Source of the DNA: a virus
Reading direction: 5' to 3' (one strand)
Length of the DNA stretch: 21,471 nucleotides
Virus genome (UHGV): UHGV-0123286
Shown here: positions 1 through 9,979 of the stretch, one piece after another
How the letters are laid out: every line of letters starts with the position of its first letter
Position numbering within the stretch: the stretch's first letter is position 1
The notes under the pieces: model-generated
What the model was told of the DNA's origin: nothing
What the model saw: the letters and a program-made list of their open reading frames with translations, nothing else
Database searches by the model: none
Position numbers and translations under genes: made by a program

Positions 1-208
1 CGTTAGCATCAGCAAGCTCCTTTGTGTATCTGGCGTCGAGTTCTGCTACATCACGTTGACGCTTCTGCATATCAGCGATGATGGATGTGGCTTTATCGCG
101 CTGGTCTTTGTAGGCGATGGCGTTATTACGGTAATGATTAACAGCCCATGACAGACAGACGATGATGCAGATAATCAGAGCGGAGATAATCGCGGTTACT
201 CTGCTCAT
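1..208 (-). CDS. Rz: Spanin Rz, N-terminal part (gene runs off window edge)
   Basis: Minus-strand ATG at 208..206 overlaps R stop (ATGA); translation MSRVTAII... and ...RQRDVAE match remembered lambda Rz. Confidence 0.8.
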   Translation of the reverse strand, partial: MSRVTAIISALIICIIVCLSWAVNHYRNNAIAYKDQRDKATSIIADMQKRQRDVAELDARYTKELADAN

Positions 209-681
209 ACCTCAATCTCTCTGACCGTTCCGCCAGCTTCTTTGAATTTTGCAATCAGGCTGTCAGCCTTATGCTCGAACTGACCATAACCAGCGCCCGG
301 CAGTGAAGCCCAGATATTGCTGCAACGGTCGATTGCCTGACGGATATCACCGCGATCAATCATCGGTAAAGCGCCACGCTCCTTAATCTGCTGCAGCGCA
401 ACAGCGTCCTGGCTTTTGGGAGAGAAGTCTTTCAGTCCAAGCTGCTTACGATAGGCATCCCACCAACGGGAAAGAAGCTGATAGCGCCCGGCTGCTGTTG
501 ATTTGAGTTTTGGGTTTAGCGTGACAAGTTTGCGAGGGTGATCGGAGTAATCAGTGAATAGCTCTCCGCCTACAATGACGTCATAACCATGATTTCTGGT
601 TTTCTGCCGTCCGTTATCAGTTCCCTCTGACCACGCCAGCATATCGAGGAACGCCTTACGTTGATTATTGATTTCCACCAT
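205..681 (-). CDS. R: Endolysin R (lytic transglycosylase), 158 aa
   Basis: ORF translation [35 protein letters not shown]... is near-identical to remembered lambda R. Confidence 0.95.
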   Translation of the reverse strand: MVEINNQRKAFLDMLAWSEGTDNGRQKTRNHGYDVIVGGELFTDYSDHPRKLVTLNPKLKSTAAGRYQLLSRWWDAYRKQLGLKDFSPKSQDAVALQQIKERGALPMIDRGDIRQAIDRCSNIWASLPGAGYGQFEHKADSLIAKFKEAGGTVREIEV

Positions 682-988
682 CTTCTACTCCGGCTTTTTT
701 AGCAGCGAAGCGTTTGATAAGCGAACCAATCGAGTCAGTACCGATGTAGCCGATAAACACGCTCGTTATATAAGCGAGATTGCTACTTAGTCCGGCGAAG
801 TCGAGAAGGTCACGAATGAACCAGGCGATAATGGCGCACATCGTTGCGTCGATTACTGTTTTTGTAAACGCACCGCCATTATATCTGCCGCGAAGGTACG
901 CCATTGCAAACGCAAGGATTGCCCCGATGCCTTGTTCCTTTGCCGCGAGAATGGCGGCTAACAGGTCATGTTTTTCTGGCATCTTCAT
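665..988 (-). CDS. S: Holin/antiholin S (S107/S105 dual start), 107 aa
   Basis: Translation [39 protein letters not shown]... matches lambda S; MKM dual-start motif present. Confidence 0.95.
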   Translation of the reverse strand: MKMPEKHDLLAAILAAKEQGIGAILAFAMAYLRGRYNGGAFTKTVIDATMCAIIAWFIRDLLDFAGLSSNLAYITSVFIGYIGTDSIGSLIKRFAAKKAGVEDGGNQ

Positions 989-1384
989 GTCTTACCCCCA
1001 ATAAGGGGATTTGCTCTATTTAATTAGGAATAAGGTCGATTACTGATAGAACAAATCCAGGCTACTGTGTTTAGTAATCAGATTTGTTCGTGACCGATAT
1101 GCACGGGCAAAACGGCAGGAGGTTGTTAGCGCAGCCTCTTGCCACCCGCTTTCACGAAGGTCATGTGTAGAAGGCCGCAGCGTAACTATCACTGATGAAT
1201 TCAGGATAGCCAGTGGCTACGGCTCAGTTTGGGTTGTGCTGTTGCTGGGCGGCGATGACGCCTGTACGCATTTGTTGATCCGGTTCTGCTTCCGGTATTC
1301 GCTTAATTCAGCACAACGGAAAGAGCACTCGGTGCATTTAAGCCAAGCCCCATAATGGAGAATGCTCTTACCTGTTACACAGAT

Positions 1385-1448
1385 ATAAAAAATCCCGAAA
1401 CCGTTATGCAGGCTCTAACTATCACCTGCGAACTGTTTCGGGATTGCA
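1385..1448 (-). terminator. tR' intrinsic terminator (Q-antiterminated)
   Basis: Minus-strand hairpin AATCCCGAAAC...GTTTCGGGATT followed by TTTTTTATATCT, as in lambda tR'. Confidence 0.6.
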
Positions 1449-1578
1449 TTTTACAGACCTCTCAGCCTGCGATAGTTGGAGTTCCAGACGATACGTCGAA
1501 GTGACCAACTAGGCGGAATCGGTAGTAAGCGCCGCCTCTTTTCATCTCACTACCACAACGAGCGAATTAACCCATCGT
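1386..1578 (-). ncRNA. Lambda-type 6S RNA (short pR' transcript ending at tR')
   Basis: Region between pR' and the tR' hairpin matches remembered lambda pR'-tR' sequence; length about 190 nt. Confidence 0.5.
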
Positions 1579-1614
1579 TGGGTCAAATTTACCCAACTTT
1601 ATTCAAAAAGTCAA
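1560..1614 (-). promoter_or_regulatory. Late promoter pR' (-35 TTGACT at 1614..1609, -10 TAAATT at 1591..1586) with qut region downstream
   Basis: Minus-strand reads TTGACT-17 nt-TAAATTTGAC CCAACGATGGGTTAATTCGCT, matching remembered lambda pR'/qut. Confidence 0.6.
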
Positions 1615-1656
1615 TATTATGCCGTTAATATGTTGCCATCCGTGGCAATCATGCTG

Positions 1657-2280
1657 CTAACGTGTGACCGCATTCAATATGTTGTCTGCGATTGACTCTT
1701 CTTTGTGGCATTGCACCACCAGAGAGTCATACAGCGGCTTAACAGTGCGTGACCAGGTGGGTTGAGTAAGGTTTGGGATTAGCATCGTTACAGCGCGATA
1801 TGCGGCGCTTGCTGGCATTCTTGAATAGCCGACACCTTTGCATCTTCCGCATTCTTTCTCAACAACTCTCCCCCACTGCTCTGTTTTTGCTATATCAACT
1901 GCCCGACCTGTTCCGTGGCAATCTCTGCATCTTGCGCCCGGCGTCGCGGCACTACGGCAATAATCCGCATAAGCGAATGTTGCGAGCACTTGCAGTACCT
2001 TTGCCTTAGTATTTCCTTCGAGCTTTGCCACACCACGGTATTTCCCCGATACCTTGTGTGCAAATTGCATCAGATAGTTGATAGCCTTTTGTTTGTCGTT
2101 CTGGCTGAGTTCATGCTTACCGCAGAATGCAGCCATTCCGAATCCGGCTTGTGATTGCGCCATCCCCATAGCAGCCATCACATCAGTACCGGAAAGAGAG
2201 TCAGAAGCCGTAGCCCGTGGTGAGTCGCTCATCATCGGGCTTTTTGGCGAATGAAATTTAGCTACGTTTTCGAGTCTCAT
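1657..2280 (-). CDS. Q: Late antiterminator Q, 207 aa
   Basis: Translation [44 protein letters not shown]... is near-identical to lambda Q; zinc-binding CxxC pairs present. Confidence 0.95.
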   Translation of the reverse strand: MRLENVAKFHSPKSPMMSDSPRATASDSLSGTDVMAAMGMAQSQAGFGMAAFCGKHELSQNDKQKAINYLMQFAHKVSGKYRGVAKLEGNTKAKVLQVLATFAYADYCRSAATPGARCRDCHGTGRAVDIAKTEQWGRVVEKECGRCKGVGYSRMPASAAYRAVTMLIPNLTQPTWSRTVKPLYDSLVVQCHKEESIADNILNAVTR

Positions 2281-2942
2281 GCGCCTTCTCCCTGTACCTG
2301 AATCAATGTGAGATTTCCGCAGAACACTGCGCCGGTATCGATATACATCTGGTTGGCAAATTTGAGCGGTTTCACTGCTGGCGTATGACCAAAGATGAAC
2401 GTGTCCGCGCCTTTAATTTCTTTCACGATCCCGTCTTGTGAGTTGCTGATTCGTTCGCGGTTCCAGATTACCTGCTGATGATCAACTGGCTTTCCAAACT
2501 CGTATTCGTCACAAGGATAATCGGCGTGGCAGATGACATATTTTTTATCTTTGCTCACCAGTTCGATGATTAACGGAAGTTCATCTGCTTTATGGGCAAG
2601 AGCTTTAGCCAGAATTTCTTTGTCGTAATCGAGATTAAAGAACCAGCCACCGCCATTAAGCAGCCAGTGATTGACGTTTCCGCGCTCTGATAAGCCATCA
2701 ATCATCATTTGCTCATGGTTTCCACGTACAGCTCTGAACCAGGGGAATGTGATTAATTCCAGGCATTCAACGTTCTCTGTACCGCGATCGACCAAATCGC
2801 CAACCGAGATAAGCAGGTCTTTTTTGGTGTCGAATCCTATCGTCTCCAGTTTTTTCATCAGGTTCGTGTAGCATCCGTGCAGATCGCCAGCTACCCAAAT
2901 ATTTCGGTATTTGCTGCCATCAATTCTTTCGTAGATATTCAT
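2277..2942 (-). CDS. ninI: NinI serine/threonine protein phosphatase (lambda PPase), 221 aa
   Basis: Translation contains metallophosphatase motifs GDLHG, GDLVDRG, GNHE; matches lambda orf221; start overlaps upstream stop. Confidence 0.9.
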   Translation of the reverse strand: MNIYERIDGSKYRNIWVAGDLHGCYTNLMKKLETIGFDTKKDLLISVGDLVDRGTENVECLELITFPWFRAVRGNHEQMMIDGLSERGNVNHWLLNGGGWFFNLDYDKEILAKALAHKADELPLIIELVSKDKKYVICHADYPCDEYEFGKPVDHQQVIWNRERISNSQDGIVKEIKGADTFIFGHTPAVKPLKFANQMYIDTGAVFCGNLTLIQVQGEGA

Positions 2943-3550
2943 GCAGCCTCACTTCTGCTGTTTCGCAGTTTTTTAAGTTTCTGTTGATACTCCGCCTTGA
3001 TGGACCTGCACTCTTCGCCAGTCCAGCGATGGCGGTTATGGTTTGATTCGATTTCGTCTACTGCTTCCTGCCCGATGCGATTAATCAGTTCGACGCGATA
3101 CGGAACGAGATTTCCGCTTTTGTGCTGGTTGCACACCACGCATTGCTTGTGAATATTGCGTTCATCAAATCGGAGTTGAGGTGCCGCAGCAGTTGTCCGG
3201 TAATGTCCGGCATCCCACTGAGCAGACGTGAGCGTTCCGCACGAGATACATGGTAAGTCGCGGTCTCTTTCTCTGATGAAGGCGTTTACGGCTTGTTGGG
3301 CTTGTTTAATCCAGTAACTGCGGGGCTTTAAAGCGAGTTTTCGAATCTTAATTTTATCTTTCTGTTTCTGCTCCTCTCGTCGTCGTTTCTTCTCTGCTGC
3401 TTTTTCCGCTTTTTCGCGTTCTTTGCTTCGTCGTTCGAGTGCTATCTTGGTTCCACACTCTGGAGAGCACCACCACTGATTAGCGAATGCAGGGTGAAAC
3501 CATTCCCGACATTCATCGTTTTTACATCGTCTTCGCGCTGGTTTAGCCAT
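2939..3550 (-). CDS. ninG: NinG (Rap) recombination-associated structure-specific endonuclease, 203 aa
   Basis: Translation [33 protein letters not shown]... matches lambda NinG/orf204; Cys-rich zinc motifs. Confidence 0.85.
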   Translation of the reverse strand: MAKPARRRCKNDECREWFHPAFANQWWCSPECGTKIALERRSKEREKAEKAAEKKRRREEQKQKDKIKIRKLALKPRSYWIKQAQQAVNAFIRERDRDLPCISCGTLTSAQWDAGHYRTTAAAPQLRFDERNIHKQCVVCNQHKSGNLVPYRVELINRIGQEAVDEIESNHNRHRWTGEECRSIKAEYQQKLKKLRNSRSEAA

Positions 3551-3719
3551 CGTCTTCTTCCTCGTACATTGAGCTATTCGGATCGCTCATCAGTTCTGCG
3601 CAGCAGTGCTCACACACGTGAACTTCCAGCACATGCAGCTTCTGACCGCAGTTAGCGCACGTTAAAGCCCGCTCGACGCTTTCTTTCTGGTATTGAAGGG
3701 ATTGGGATGGACTAAGCAT
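3543..3719 (-). CDS. ninF: NinF, 58 aa (start at internal ATG of the listed 77-aa ORF)
   Basis: From internal Met: [40 protein letters not shown]... matches remembered lambda NinF; stop overlaps ninG start. Confidence 0.7.
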   Translation of the reverse strand: MLSPSQSLQYQKESVERALTCANCGQKLHVLEVHVCEHCCAELMSDPNSSMYEEEDDG

Positions 3720-4113
3720 GGCTTTCACCATTAAAAAGTCGCTTGTAAGCATCAATGTCTCGTTTTGCTTCACCAAGCTTTCGTCTTAATTCCATGTTTT
3801 CTGATTCAAGCTTTTCCATGTCTTGTTGGTATCGATCGCGGTGTTCTTTCCATGCTTTTCGATACGCCTTCATGTATGTCGTATTGGCCTTTCTCTTTGC
3901 CTGACGAACTGCGTGGTGGTTTTTCACAAACCAGTCAGGGTCGTTAAATGCTGCTCTGGCGCATGTATACCAATAATTTGTTGCCTCCCTGTTTAGCCAA
4001 TAAATACTGATAAATGGCAACTGTATCGACACCATTTTTCGTTGAGACTCTTTCTCGCCAAACATGTGCCCTTTTTTGATGCTAAGGCCAAATCCAGGTT
4101 GAATTAAAAGCAT
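3712..4113 (-). CDS. Hypothetical protein, 133 aa, inserted between ninE and ninF (absent from lambda at this position)
   Basis: Start chosen at ATG 4113 with GAGGA RBS 7 nt upstream, directly after ninE stop; basic C-terminal coiled-coil-like region; no family recognised. Confidence 0.45.
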   Translation of the reverse strand: MLLIQPGFGLSIKKGHMFGEKESQRKMVSIQLPFISIYWLNREATNYWYTCARAAFNDPDWFVKNHHAVRQAKRKANTTYMKAYRKAWKEHRDRYQQDMEKLESENMELRRKLGEAKRDIDAYKRLFNGESHA

Positions 4114-4115
4114 TG

Positions 4116-4292
4116 TTATTTCCTCGCACGATGTCTTAGCCACCGGATATCCCACAGGTGAGCCGTGTAATTGAAGGTTTTTACGTCAGATTCTTTGGGG
4201 ATTGGCTTGCGTTTATTTCTGGAGCGTTTCGTTGGAAGGTATTTGCAGTTTTCGCAGATTATGTCGGTGATACTTCGTCGCTGTCTCGCCAC
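4116..4292 (-). CDS. ninE: NinE-like, about 58 aa (GTG start uncertain)
   Basis: Manual minus-strand translation ...[50 protein letters not shown]... matches remembered lambda NinE; below ORF-track length threshold. Confidence 0.6.
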
Positions 4293-4432
4293 ACGTCCTC
4301 CTTTTCCTGCGGTAGTGGTAACACCCCTGTTGGTGTTCTTTCACACCGGAGACACCATCGACTCCAGCAAGGTTGATTTGGTCGGAAGCGGTTATCTTCT
4401 TTGCATTCACCGCACCGATAACATCGCATCAT
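4259..4432 (-). CDS. ninD: NinD, 57 aa zinc-ribbon protein
   Basis: Manual translation [34 protein letters not shown]...; ATG overlaps ninC stop (ATGA); 57 aa equals lambda orf57. Confidence 0.7.
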
Positions 4433-5301
4433 GCAGCTTCCCTCCCGAAGTCGAAATCAAGCTGCCCTCCAAATATTTCGCATGACTCAGAACAAGAGCC
4501 GGTATCGAATCTTTTAGCTCGTACCATGTCCTGATACAGGGCTTGATAATCATTTTCTGAATACATTTTCGCGATACCGTCCAGCGACATTCTTCCTCGG
4601 TACATAATCTCCTTTGGCGTTTCCCGATGTCCGTCACGCACATGGGATCCCGTGATGACCTCATTAAAAACACGCTGCAATCCCTCCTCATCTTTGCAGG
4701 CAAGTCCGATTTTTTGCGTTGATTTTTTAATGCAGAATATGCAGTTACCGAGATGTTCCGGTATTTGCAAATCGAATGGTTGTTGCTTCCACCATGCGAG
4801 GATATCTTCCTTCTCAAAGTCTGACAGTTCAGCAAGATATCTGATTCCAGGATTTGGCTTTAGCCGCTTCGGTTCATCAGCTCTGATGCCAATCCACGTG
4901 GTGTAATTCCCTCGCCCGAAATGGTCATCACAGTATTTGGTGAAGGGAACGAGTTTTAATCTGTCAGTGCAGAACGCGCCGCCGACGTATGGAGTGCCAT
5001 ATTTCTTTACCATATCGATAAATGGCTTCAGAACAGGCATTTTCGTCTGAATATCCTTTGGTTCCCATACCTTATAACCATTTGACTGTCCAAGCTCTGG
5101 GTTGATATCAACCTGCAATACAGTGAGCGGTATATCCCAGAACTTCACAACTTCGCGGATAAACCGATATGTCATCGGGTGTTCACAACCTGTATCCATG
5201 AAAACGTAATGCACGTCTTCACCTGCCTGTCGCTTTTGCTCCATTAGCCAGAGCAAATATGCTGACGTCCTGCCACCGGAGAAACTAACGACATTTATCA
5301 T
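4429..5301 (-). CDS. ninC: NinC (PAPS-reductase-like fold), 290 aa; start at internal Met of listed ORF
   Basis: From [24 protein letters not shown]... matches lambda orf290; SGGxxS P-loop-like motif. Confidence 0.85.
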   Translation of the reverse strand: MINVVSFSGGRTSAYLLWLMEQKRQAGEDVHYVFMDTGCEHPMTYRFIREVVKFWDIPLTVLQVDINPELGQSNGYKVWEPKDIQTKMPVLKPFIDMVKKYGTPYVGGAFCTDRLKLVPFTKYCDDHFGRGNYTTWIGIRADEPKRLKPNPGIRYLAELSDFEKEDILAWWKQQPFDLQIPEHLGNCIFCIKKSTQKIGLACKDEEGLQRVFNEVITGSHVRDGHRETPKEIMYRGRMSLDGIAKMYSENDYQALYQDMVRAKRFDTGSCSESCEIFGGQLDFDFGREAA

Positions 5302-5738
5302 GCAGCCCTGTCTCCCCATCTCGCTTTCCACTCCAGAGCCAGTCGCGCTTCGTCTGACCACTTAACGCCACGCTCTGTACCGAATGCCTGTATAAGCTCT
5401 AATAACTCCGCAAATTCGCTTACACGCATCCTGCTGGTTGACTGGCCTATTACCACAAAGCCATTCCCGGCAAGGTTAGGAACAACGTCCTGCTGCTTTA
5501 ATGCTGCGGTAAACACACACTTCCAGCTTTCTGCATCCAGCCAGCGACCATGCCATTCGACCTGACGCGAGACGTCACCAAGGCAAGCCCAAAGTTTCCG
5601 ATTTTGGTCTAAGCTGCGGTTGCGTTCCTGAATGGTTACTACGATTGGTTTGGTTGGGTCTGGAAGGATTTGCTGTACTGCGTGAATAGCGTTTTGCTGA
5701 TGTGCTGGAGATCGAATTTCAAAGGTTAGCTTTTTCAT
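5298..5738 (-). CDS. ninB: NinB recombination mediator (Orf), 146 aa; start at internal Met
   Basis: From MKKLTFEIRSPAHQQNAIHAVQQILPDPTKPIVVTIQERNRSLDQNRK... matches lambda orf146; GGGAGAGGGAAG RBS. Confidence 0.85.
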   Translation of the reverse strand: MKKLTFEIRSPAHQQNAIHAVQQILPDPTKPIVVTIQERNRSLDQNRKLWACLGDVSRQVEWHGRWLDAESWKCVFTAALKQQDVVPNLAGNGFVVIGQSTSRMRVSEFAELLELIQAFGTERGVKWSDEARLALEWKARWGDRAA

Positions 5739-5754
5739 GACTTCCCTCTCCCCC

Positions 5755-5785
5755 AAATAAAAAGACCTGCGATTACCAGCAGGCC
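5755..5785 (-). terminator. tR2-like intrinsic terminator between replication genes and nin region
   Basis: Minus-strand transcript GGCCUGC-UGGUAAUC-GCAGGUC hairpin followed by UUUUUAUUU. Confidence 0.55.
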
Positions 5786-5811
5786 TGTTATTAGCTCAGT
5801 GATGTAGATGG

Positions 5812-7188
5812 TCATACGTCAGCCCCTTGTGCATATCGTCTGCCACGCGCAGCAGGTGCATTTGATGCTGTGCAAATCTGTCTGGCTTCATCCTGGTCAC
5901 ATGCCACAAAGTGTCCGTTACAGAACCGCTGGTAAACCGTACCAAGCGAGCCAAAACGGTTTTTCGTCACAATGATTTCAGCAAATGGCGCGGCGCTACT
6001 GTTCTCGTCATATACCGCTTCCCGATAGAGCATGATGATTGAGTCTGCGTCCTGTTCAATGCTTCCTGAATCACGCAAATCTGCGTTTGTCGGGCGTTTG
6101 TTTGGTCGCTTCTCAACATCGCGCGAAAGCTGACTCAGGGAGATAACTGGCGTTTTCAGGTCTTTCGCCATCGCCTTCAGGCTTCCGGAGATGTGAGCAA
6201 TTGCGAGGTCGTTGCGATCTGCTTTCGGCTTCTCAATCAGGCCAAGATAATCCACCATGATTAGTGACAGGTTTGGATTTTCCTGTTTGTGCCGCTCTGC
6301 GATTGAGCGTATTTCTTCGACCGATAACCGCGAAGCATCGACTACCCATACATCCAAATCTGCAAGCTGATTCATGCCGTTAGCAACACGCGCCCATCCT
6401 TCGTCATCCATCGATGCAGGATTTCGCAGCACGCTAACCGACATCCTCCCGGCGTTGGCAATGCTTCGCTCTGCAATCTGCAATGCGCTCATTTCCATTG
6501 AGAAAATCAATACCCCGCGCCGGACGTCAGAACCAGGAATAACGCGGCTTGCAACGCCTTCGGCAATCTTCAGCGCCAGTTCGGTTTTCCCCATACCAGG
6601 ACGAGCAGCGATTATCACCAGGTCTTCCGCGTTCATCCCTCCGGTGATGGCATCAAGTTCTTCGATTCCGGTCTTCAGGGTATCTGACTCTTCTCCGTTC
6701 CTCAGACGCCTGTCAAGCGTGTCAGTGTAGTCAGTTATGATTTCCCCTAACCGTACAGGTTTAACCTCGTCACGGGGCTTTCTAATGGCTGAAAGACGCT
6801 TTACAAGCTCGTCCATCGCCTGACTCGATGCGTCGATGGTTCCGCTCTGAATTGGTTCACGCATTTCATCCATGATTTTCAGCACCAGACGGCGGTGATA
6901 GTTATCCGCGACCATTCCGGCATATCCCTTCAGGTTTGCGGCACTCGGGCAGTTTTTGCTGGTCATCAGGATTGACGTGAAATGCTCCTCTCCGCACGCC
7001 TCGGCAACCATCAGCGCGTCGATTAGGTTTCTGTTTCTCGCCTGCTTGCGGATAACCTCGAAGGCTTTCCGGTAGAGCGGAATTGAAAACGCTTCCGGCT
7101 CCAGCGTTGCCAGAACGTCGCTGGCGGTTGGTGTTAATCCACCAATCAGCAGGCCACCGATAACGCTCGCTTCGATATCCTGTTTCAT
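5812..7188 (-). CDS. Replicative DnaB-family helicase (P22 gene 12-like), 458 aa
   Basis: Walker A GMGKTELA, Walker [10 protein letters not shown], DnaB-like N-terminus [14 protein letters not shown]; occupies position of lambda P. Confidence 0.9.
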   Translation of the reverse strand: MKQDIEASVIGGLLIGGLTPTASDVLATLEPEAFSIPLYRKAFEVIRKQARNRNLIDALMVAEACGEEHFTSILMTSKNCPSAANLKGYAGMVADNYHRRLVLKIMDEMREPIQSGTIDASSQAMDELVKRLSAIRKPRDEVKPVRLGEIITDYTDTLDRRLRNGEESDTLKTGIEELDAITGGMNAEDLVIIAARPGMGKTELALKIAEGVASRVIPGSDVRRGVLIFSMEMSALQIAERSIANAGRMSVSVLRNPASMDDEGWARVANGMNQLADLDVWVVDASRLSVEEIRSIAERHKQENPNLSLIMVDYLGLIEKPKADRNDLAIAHISGSLKAMAKDLKTPVISLSQLSRDVEKRPNKRPTNADLRDSGSIEQDADSIIMLYREAVYDENSSAAPFAEIIVTKNRFGSLGTVYQRFCNGHFVACDQDEARQICTASNAPAARGRRYAQGADV

Positions 7189-8006
7189 GCAATCCCCCTG
7201 TCTGCAAACTTCCCTTCCCGTACTCCCGTTAACGAGTCTTCCCTCAGCAGGTAATCAAAATCGGCCGTCCAGCCCGTGTCGTTGTCTCCGAAGTAAAACG
7301 GCTTGGCCTGATGCACAAACGCCCTGACATACGCTCTGAAACCGTCCACGTTTGGCGTTTTCAGTTGCGGGATGATTTTCTTCAGGCGGCGTTTGCGTTT
7401 CTCGTTGACCGCAACAGCATGTGGAAGTCTGTCACCGACTTCGGTGTTGTAGGCGTTCAGGAAGGATTCGTAGTCGATTCGTTCTGCCTTGCGACGTTCA
7501 GGTTTAACCTGCCCATCGCCGCCCCCGTTAGGGGGTAAGGGGGTATTTGTATTTATTGTCTTTTGTATATTGTCTTTTGTGTTTAGCTGACTTGGCTTAT
7601 ACCCATTAGCCGACTTGGCTAATGTTTTATTAGCTGTTTTAGCTAATGTTAAGCTGTCCTGGCTAATCCACTGCGAAACCACCTTGTTCACTCCGATTTT
7701 CACGCCATCAGCAATGAGGAATTTACGCTCAATAAGCTGGCGCTTGGCAGCGCAAACATGAGTGTGATGAATACCTGTCATGGCTGCTATCTGCGTGTTT
7801 GTGAGTCGATCCATCGGCTTATTGAATCCGTATGTCTTGCGCATGATAGCGAGCATCACCTTCAACTGCCTGACGGTTAAATCAGCCATCAGCAGACTGT
7901 CGGTAATCTCGTTAGCAACGCGCATGAAACCATCTTCGGTATCTGCCACGCGATGCTCCACGACCTCCAGTTGAGGCCTGTAATCAGCTAACTTAACGAC
8001 GCCCAT
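7185..8006 (-). CDS. Replication initiator (lambda O / P22 gene 18-like), 273 aa
   Basis: N-terminal region [29 protein letters not shown] resembles lambda O DNA-binding domain; iterons embedded in the gene; AGGAG RBS. Confidence 0.85.
   Translation of the reverse strand: MGVVKLADYRPQLEVVEHRVADTEDGFMRVANEITDSLLMADLTVRQLKVMLAIMRKTYGFNKPMDRLTNTQIAAMTGIHHTHVCAAKRQLIERKFLIADGVKIGVNKVVSQWISQDSLTLAKTANKTLAKSANGYKPSQLNTKDNIQKTINTNTPLPPNGGGDGQVKPERRKAERIDYESFLNAYNTEVGDRLPHAVAVNEKRKRRLKKIIPQLKTPNVDGFRAYVRAFVHQAKPFYFGDNDTGWTADFDYLLREDSLTGVREGKFADRGIA
7545..7664. repeat. Origin of replication: four about 15-bp iterons (TTAGCYGNYTTGGCT) at 21-24 bp spacing (7583..7664) flanked by an AT-rich segment (7545..7580)
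   Basis: Direct repeats ttagctgacttggct / ttagccgacttggct / ttagctgttttagct / aagctgtcctggct plus AT-rich tract, inside the initiator gene as in lambda ori. Confidence 0.6.
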
Positions 8007-8154
8007 GTTTCACTCCTGCTTTGGCTAGTCTGTAAACACCAACAAGGCGCTCTGCGAACGCCCTGTTATTTGCTGCGGCTACCACTAATCCCTCAGGTGA
8101 ATCAGGGTGTCGAATCTCTTCTTTTTCCTGGTATTTCTTACGACGTTTTGTCAT
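7993..8154 (-). CDS. Small basic hypothetical protein, about 53 aa, between cII and the initiator gene
   Basis: Internal ATG at 8154 preceded by AGGAG RBS; no homolog recognised; may be spurious. Confidence 0.3.
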   Translation of the reverse strand: MTKRRKKYQEKEEIRHPDSPEGLVVAAANNRAFAERLVGVYRLAKAGVKHGRR

Positions 8155-8188
8155 AATTACTCCTGTGGATTGATCCAGTCTTTCTACA

Positions 8189-8467
8189 TCAGGCCTCAAA
8201 ACTGTTGCAGCAGTCTTGAGGCTTTTCTTTTGTCAGCACCATGGCTACTTTCTTTGCCAGCTCTGCTAATTCCTCGTCTTCAACACCCCACTCCAGCACA
8301 GCCAGAAGCATGGCCATCTTTGGGATAAAGCTGTCTTTCCATCGCGAAATTTGCGATTCATTAATCCCTAATGCATCAGCAACCTTTCGCTGACCACGTA
8401 CAGCAATTCGATTTAGGATGTTGCTTGTAATTGCATTCGCTTTCTTGCGAGTACTTGTAAGTTGCAT
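8189..8467 (-). CDS. cII: CII-like transcriptional activator, 92 aa
   Basis: Motifs SQISRWK and MLLAVLEWGV shared with lambda CII; upstream AAGGAAATACTTACAT-ATG matches the lambda cII initiation region. Confidence 0.8.
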   Translation of the reverse strand: MQLTSTRKKANAITSNILNRIAVRGQRKVADALGINESQISRWKDSFIPKMAMLLAVLEWGVEDEELAELAKKVAMVLTKEKPQDCCNSFEA

Positions 8468-8525
8468 ATGTAAGTATTTCCTTAACAAATAAGAAGTTAT
8501 GCGCATCAACTTATGCGCGTTGTAT

Positions 8526-8569
8526 TCCCGCATTTCGGCGGGAATGAGGACCATGACTGTTAAAGAGCG
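8526..8569 (-). promoter_or_regulatory. nutR: boxA CGCTCTTTAA (8569..8560) and boxB hairpin TCCCGC-CGAAAT-GCGGGA (8543..8526)
   Basis: boxA consensus directly after cro stop; boxB inverted repeat identical to the one at nutL. Confidence 0.65.
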
Positions 8570-8575
8570 GTGTTA

Positions 8576-8770
8576 CTATTTGTTTTTCTTGTTGCTTGGG
8601 AAAGGACGAACTTCCTCTCCAATCACACTGCCATCAGGCTTTACCGTAACCATGATGTTACGGCCTGCCAGAATGGCCTTGCTGATAGCGCACTGGATTA
8701 CACCAAAGTCACTGGCTGCTTTAGCCTGTCCATGGATTTTGGCGTAATCGGCAAGTGTCATTCGAATCAT
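8576..8770 (-). CDS. cro: Cro repressor (lambda-Cro fold, different specificity), 64 aa
   Basis: From [39 protein letters not shown]...PFPSNKK; similar to lambda Cro in length and C-terminus; GGAGAG RBS. Confidence 0.8.
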   Translation of the reverse strand: MIRMTLADYAKIHGQAKAASDFGVIQCAISKAILAGRNIMVTVKPDGSVIGEEVRPFPSNKKNK

Positions 8771-8799
8771 ATGCACTCTCCGTTATTAACCATGAACAA

Positions 8800-8869
8800 A
8801 GAATACTACAGGTATTCAAATCAATCAATACTCAGGGTATTTTTAGTTTAAGTACCTTAGCTATTAGAA
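8800..8869. promoter_or_regulatory. OR operator/promoter region: OR1 8803..8815, OR2 8828..8840, candidate OR3 8852..8864; pR (-10 8805..8800, -35 8828..8823); pRM (-10 TAGAAT 8864..8869)
   Basis: Two 13-bp palindromes ATACnnnnnGTAT 25 bp apart plus a weaker third; divergent promoter hexamers overlapping them; cI ATG 7 nt after the pRM -10 suggests a leaderless transcript. Confidence 0.55.
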
Positions 8870-8876
8870 TTAAGCT

Positions 8877-9593
8877 ATGGAAAATAAAAAATCACTGACG
8901 ACAGAACAGCTCGAAGACGCTAAGCGGCTTAAGGCTTTGTATGAGTCAAAAAAGAAAGAATTGGGAATAACCCAATACTCAATCGCTGATGAACTGGGTA
9001 TCACCCAAGGAGCGGTAGGGCATTATCTTAATGGCAGAAACGCGCTAAACGTTGAGGTTGCATCTGGTTTTGCACGATTGTTGCAAGTCTCAATTGCTGA
9101 TTTTAGCCAGTCAATTGCTGCCAAGGTTGCAGAACAGGCAGAAAGCCTTAAGAGCGATGCCAACGTAAGGTATGCAGGGGAATACAGAGCAGGAAAGAGG
9201 TATCCGGTGTTAAGCAGTATCCAGGCTGGCTCGTGGTGTGAAGCATGCGAACCATACACCATTAAAGACATAGATGTTTGGCTTGAGTCTGACGCGCATA
9301 TTCAAGGTAATGCGTTCTGGCTTAAAGTGGAAGGTGATTCAATGACGGCACCGGTTGGGTTAAGCATTCCAGAGGGAACATTCGTTCTTTTCGATACCGG
9401 AAGGGAGGCGATCAACGGCAGCTTGGTCATAGCAAAACTTTCTGACTCTAACGAAGCAACATTCAAGAAGCTGATAATCGACGGCGGAAATAAATACCTC
9501 AAGGGACTTAACCCTGCATGGCCTCTCGTGCCAATCAATGGAAACTGCAAGATTATAGGCGTTGCAATTGAGACAAAACTAAGGCTGGTTTGA
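8877..9593 (+). CDS. cI: CI repressor (HTH N-domain plus S24 LexA-like autocleavage domain), 238 aa
   Basis: Overall alignment to lambda CI (LTQEQLEDARRLKAIYE.., C-terminal FWLEVEGNSMTAP.., FKKLI motifs) with divergent recognition helix. Confidence 0.9.
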   Translation: MENKKSLTTEQLEDAKRLKALYESKKKELGITQYSIADELGITQGAVGHYLNGRNALNVEVASGFARLLQVSIADFSQSIAAKVAEQAESLKSDANVRYAGEYRAGKRYPVLSSIQAGSWCEACEPYTIKDIDVWLESDAHIQGNAFWLKVEGDSMTAPVGLSIPEGTFVLFDTGREAINGSLVIAKLSDSNEATFKKLIIDGGNKYLKGLNPAWPLVPINGNCKIIGVAIETKLRLV

Positions 9594-9610
9594 TCACGCA
9601 AGGGGCGCTT

Positions 9611-9979
9611 ATGGTTGGAACCGCTATAGCAAGCTTTTTTGGGATGTTGGCAATCTCGACAATTTACGGCTTAGCGCATGCTTTTATTGCGAAATCTCTA
9701 TCAGAAAAAATAAGCCAGGCTTGGGCGCATAGATTGGCTCGTTTCATGGTTCTAGTGATCATAGCAATACAAGGGATATCTGCATTTATCCTCTATGGAT
9801 CAAGCTTATACCTATTGTATCAAGGCGCGACATTTACGCCTTACACCAGTGATTACGGAACTCTATACGATGGTAGTGAAGACATCTCAATGGCTTGGAT
9901 CGTCTTTGGTTTATCTATGGCCGTGTCTGTTGTAGCAGACATCATTAAGGTAATTCTCGTCTTAACCTTCGCTGACTAA
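9611..9979 (+). CDS. Small integral membrane protein (3 predicted TM helices), 122 aa, immediately downstream of cI
   Basis: Three hydrophobic stretches (VGTAIASFFGMLAISTIYGLAHAFI; LARFMVLVIIAIQGISAFILYG; MAWIVFGLSMAVSVVADIIKVILVL); same strand as cI, 17 nt after its stop. Confidence 0.5.
   Translation: MVGTAIASFFGMLAISTIYGLAHAFIAKSLSEKISQAWAHRLARFMVLVIIAIQGISAFILYGSSLYLLYQGATFTPYTSDYGTLYDGSEDISMAWIVFGLSMAVSVVADIIKVILVLTFAD

Noticed and set aside
780-2154. Plus-strand ORFs 780..1004, 1773..2009 and 1915..2154
   Set aside because: Antisense to S and Q, which are confidently identified.
4158-4835. ORFs 4158..4376 (+), 4171..4485 (+), 4213..4410 (-) and 4407..4835 (-) in the ninC-ninE region
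   Set aside because: Antisense or alternative frames of ninC/ninD/ninE; the manually translated frames matching lambda NinD and NinE explain the region better.
6374-7207. ORFs 6374..6730 (+) and 6902..7207 (-) inside the helicase gene
   Set aside because: Overlap the DnaB-like helicase in other frames or strands; no RBS and no recognisable domains.
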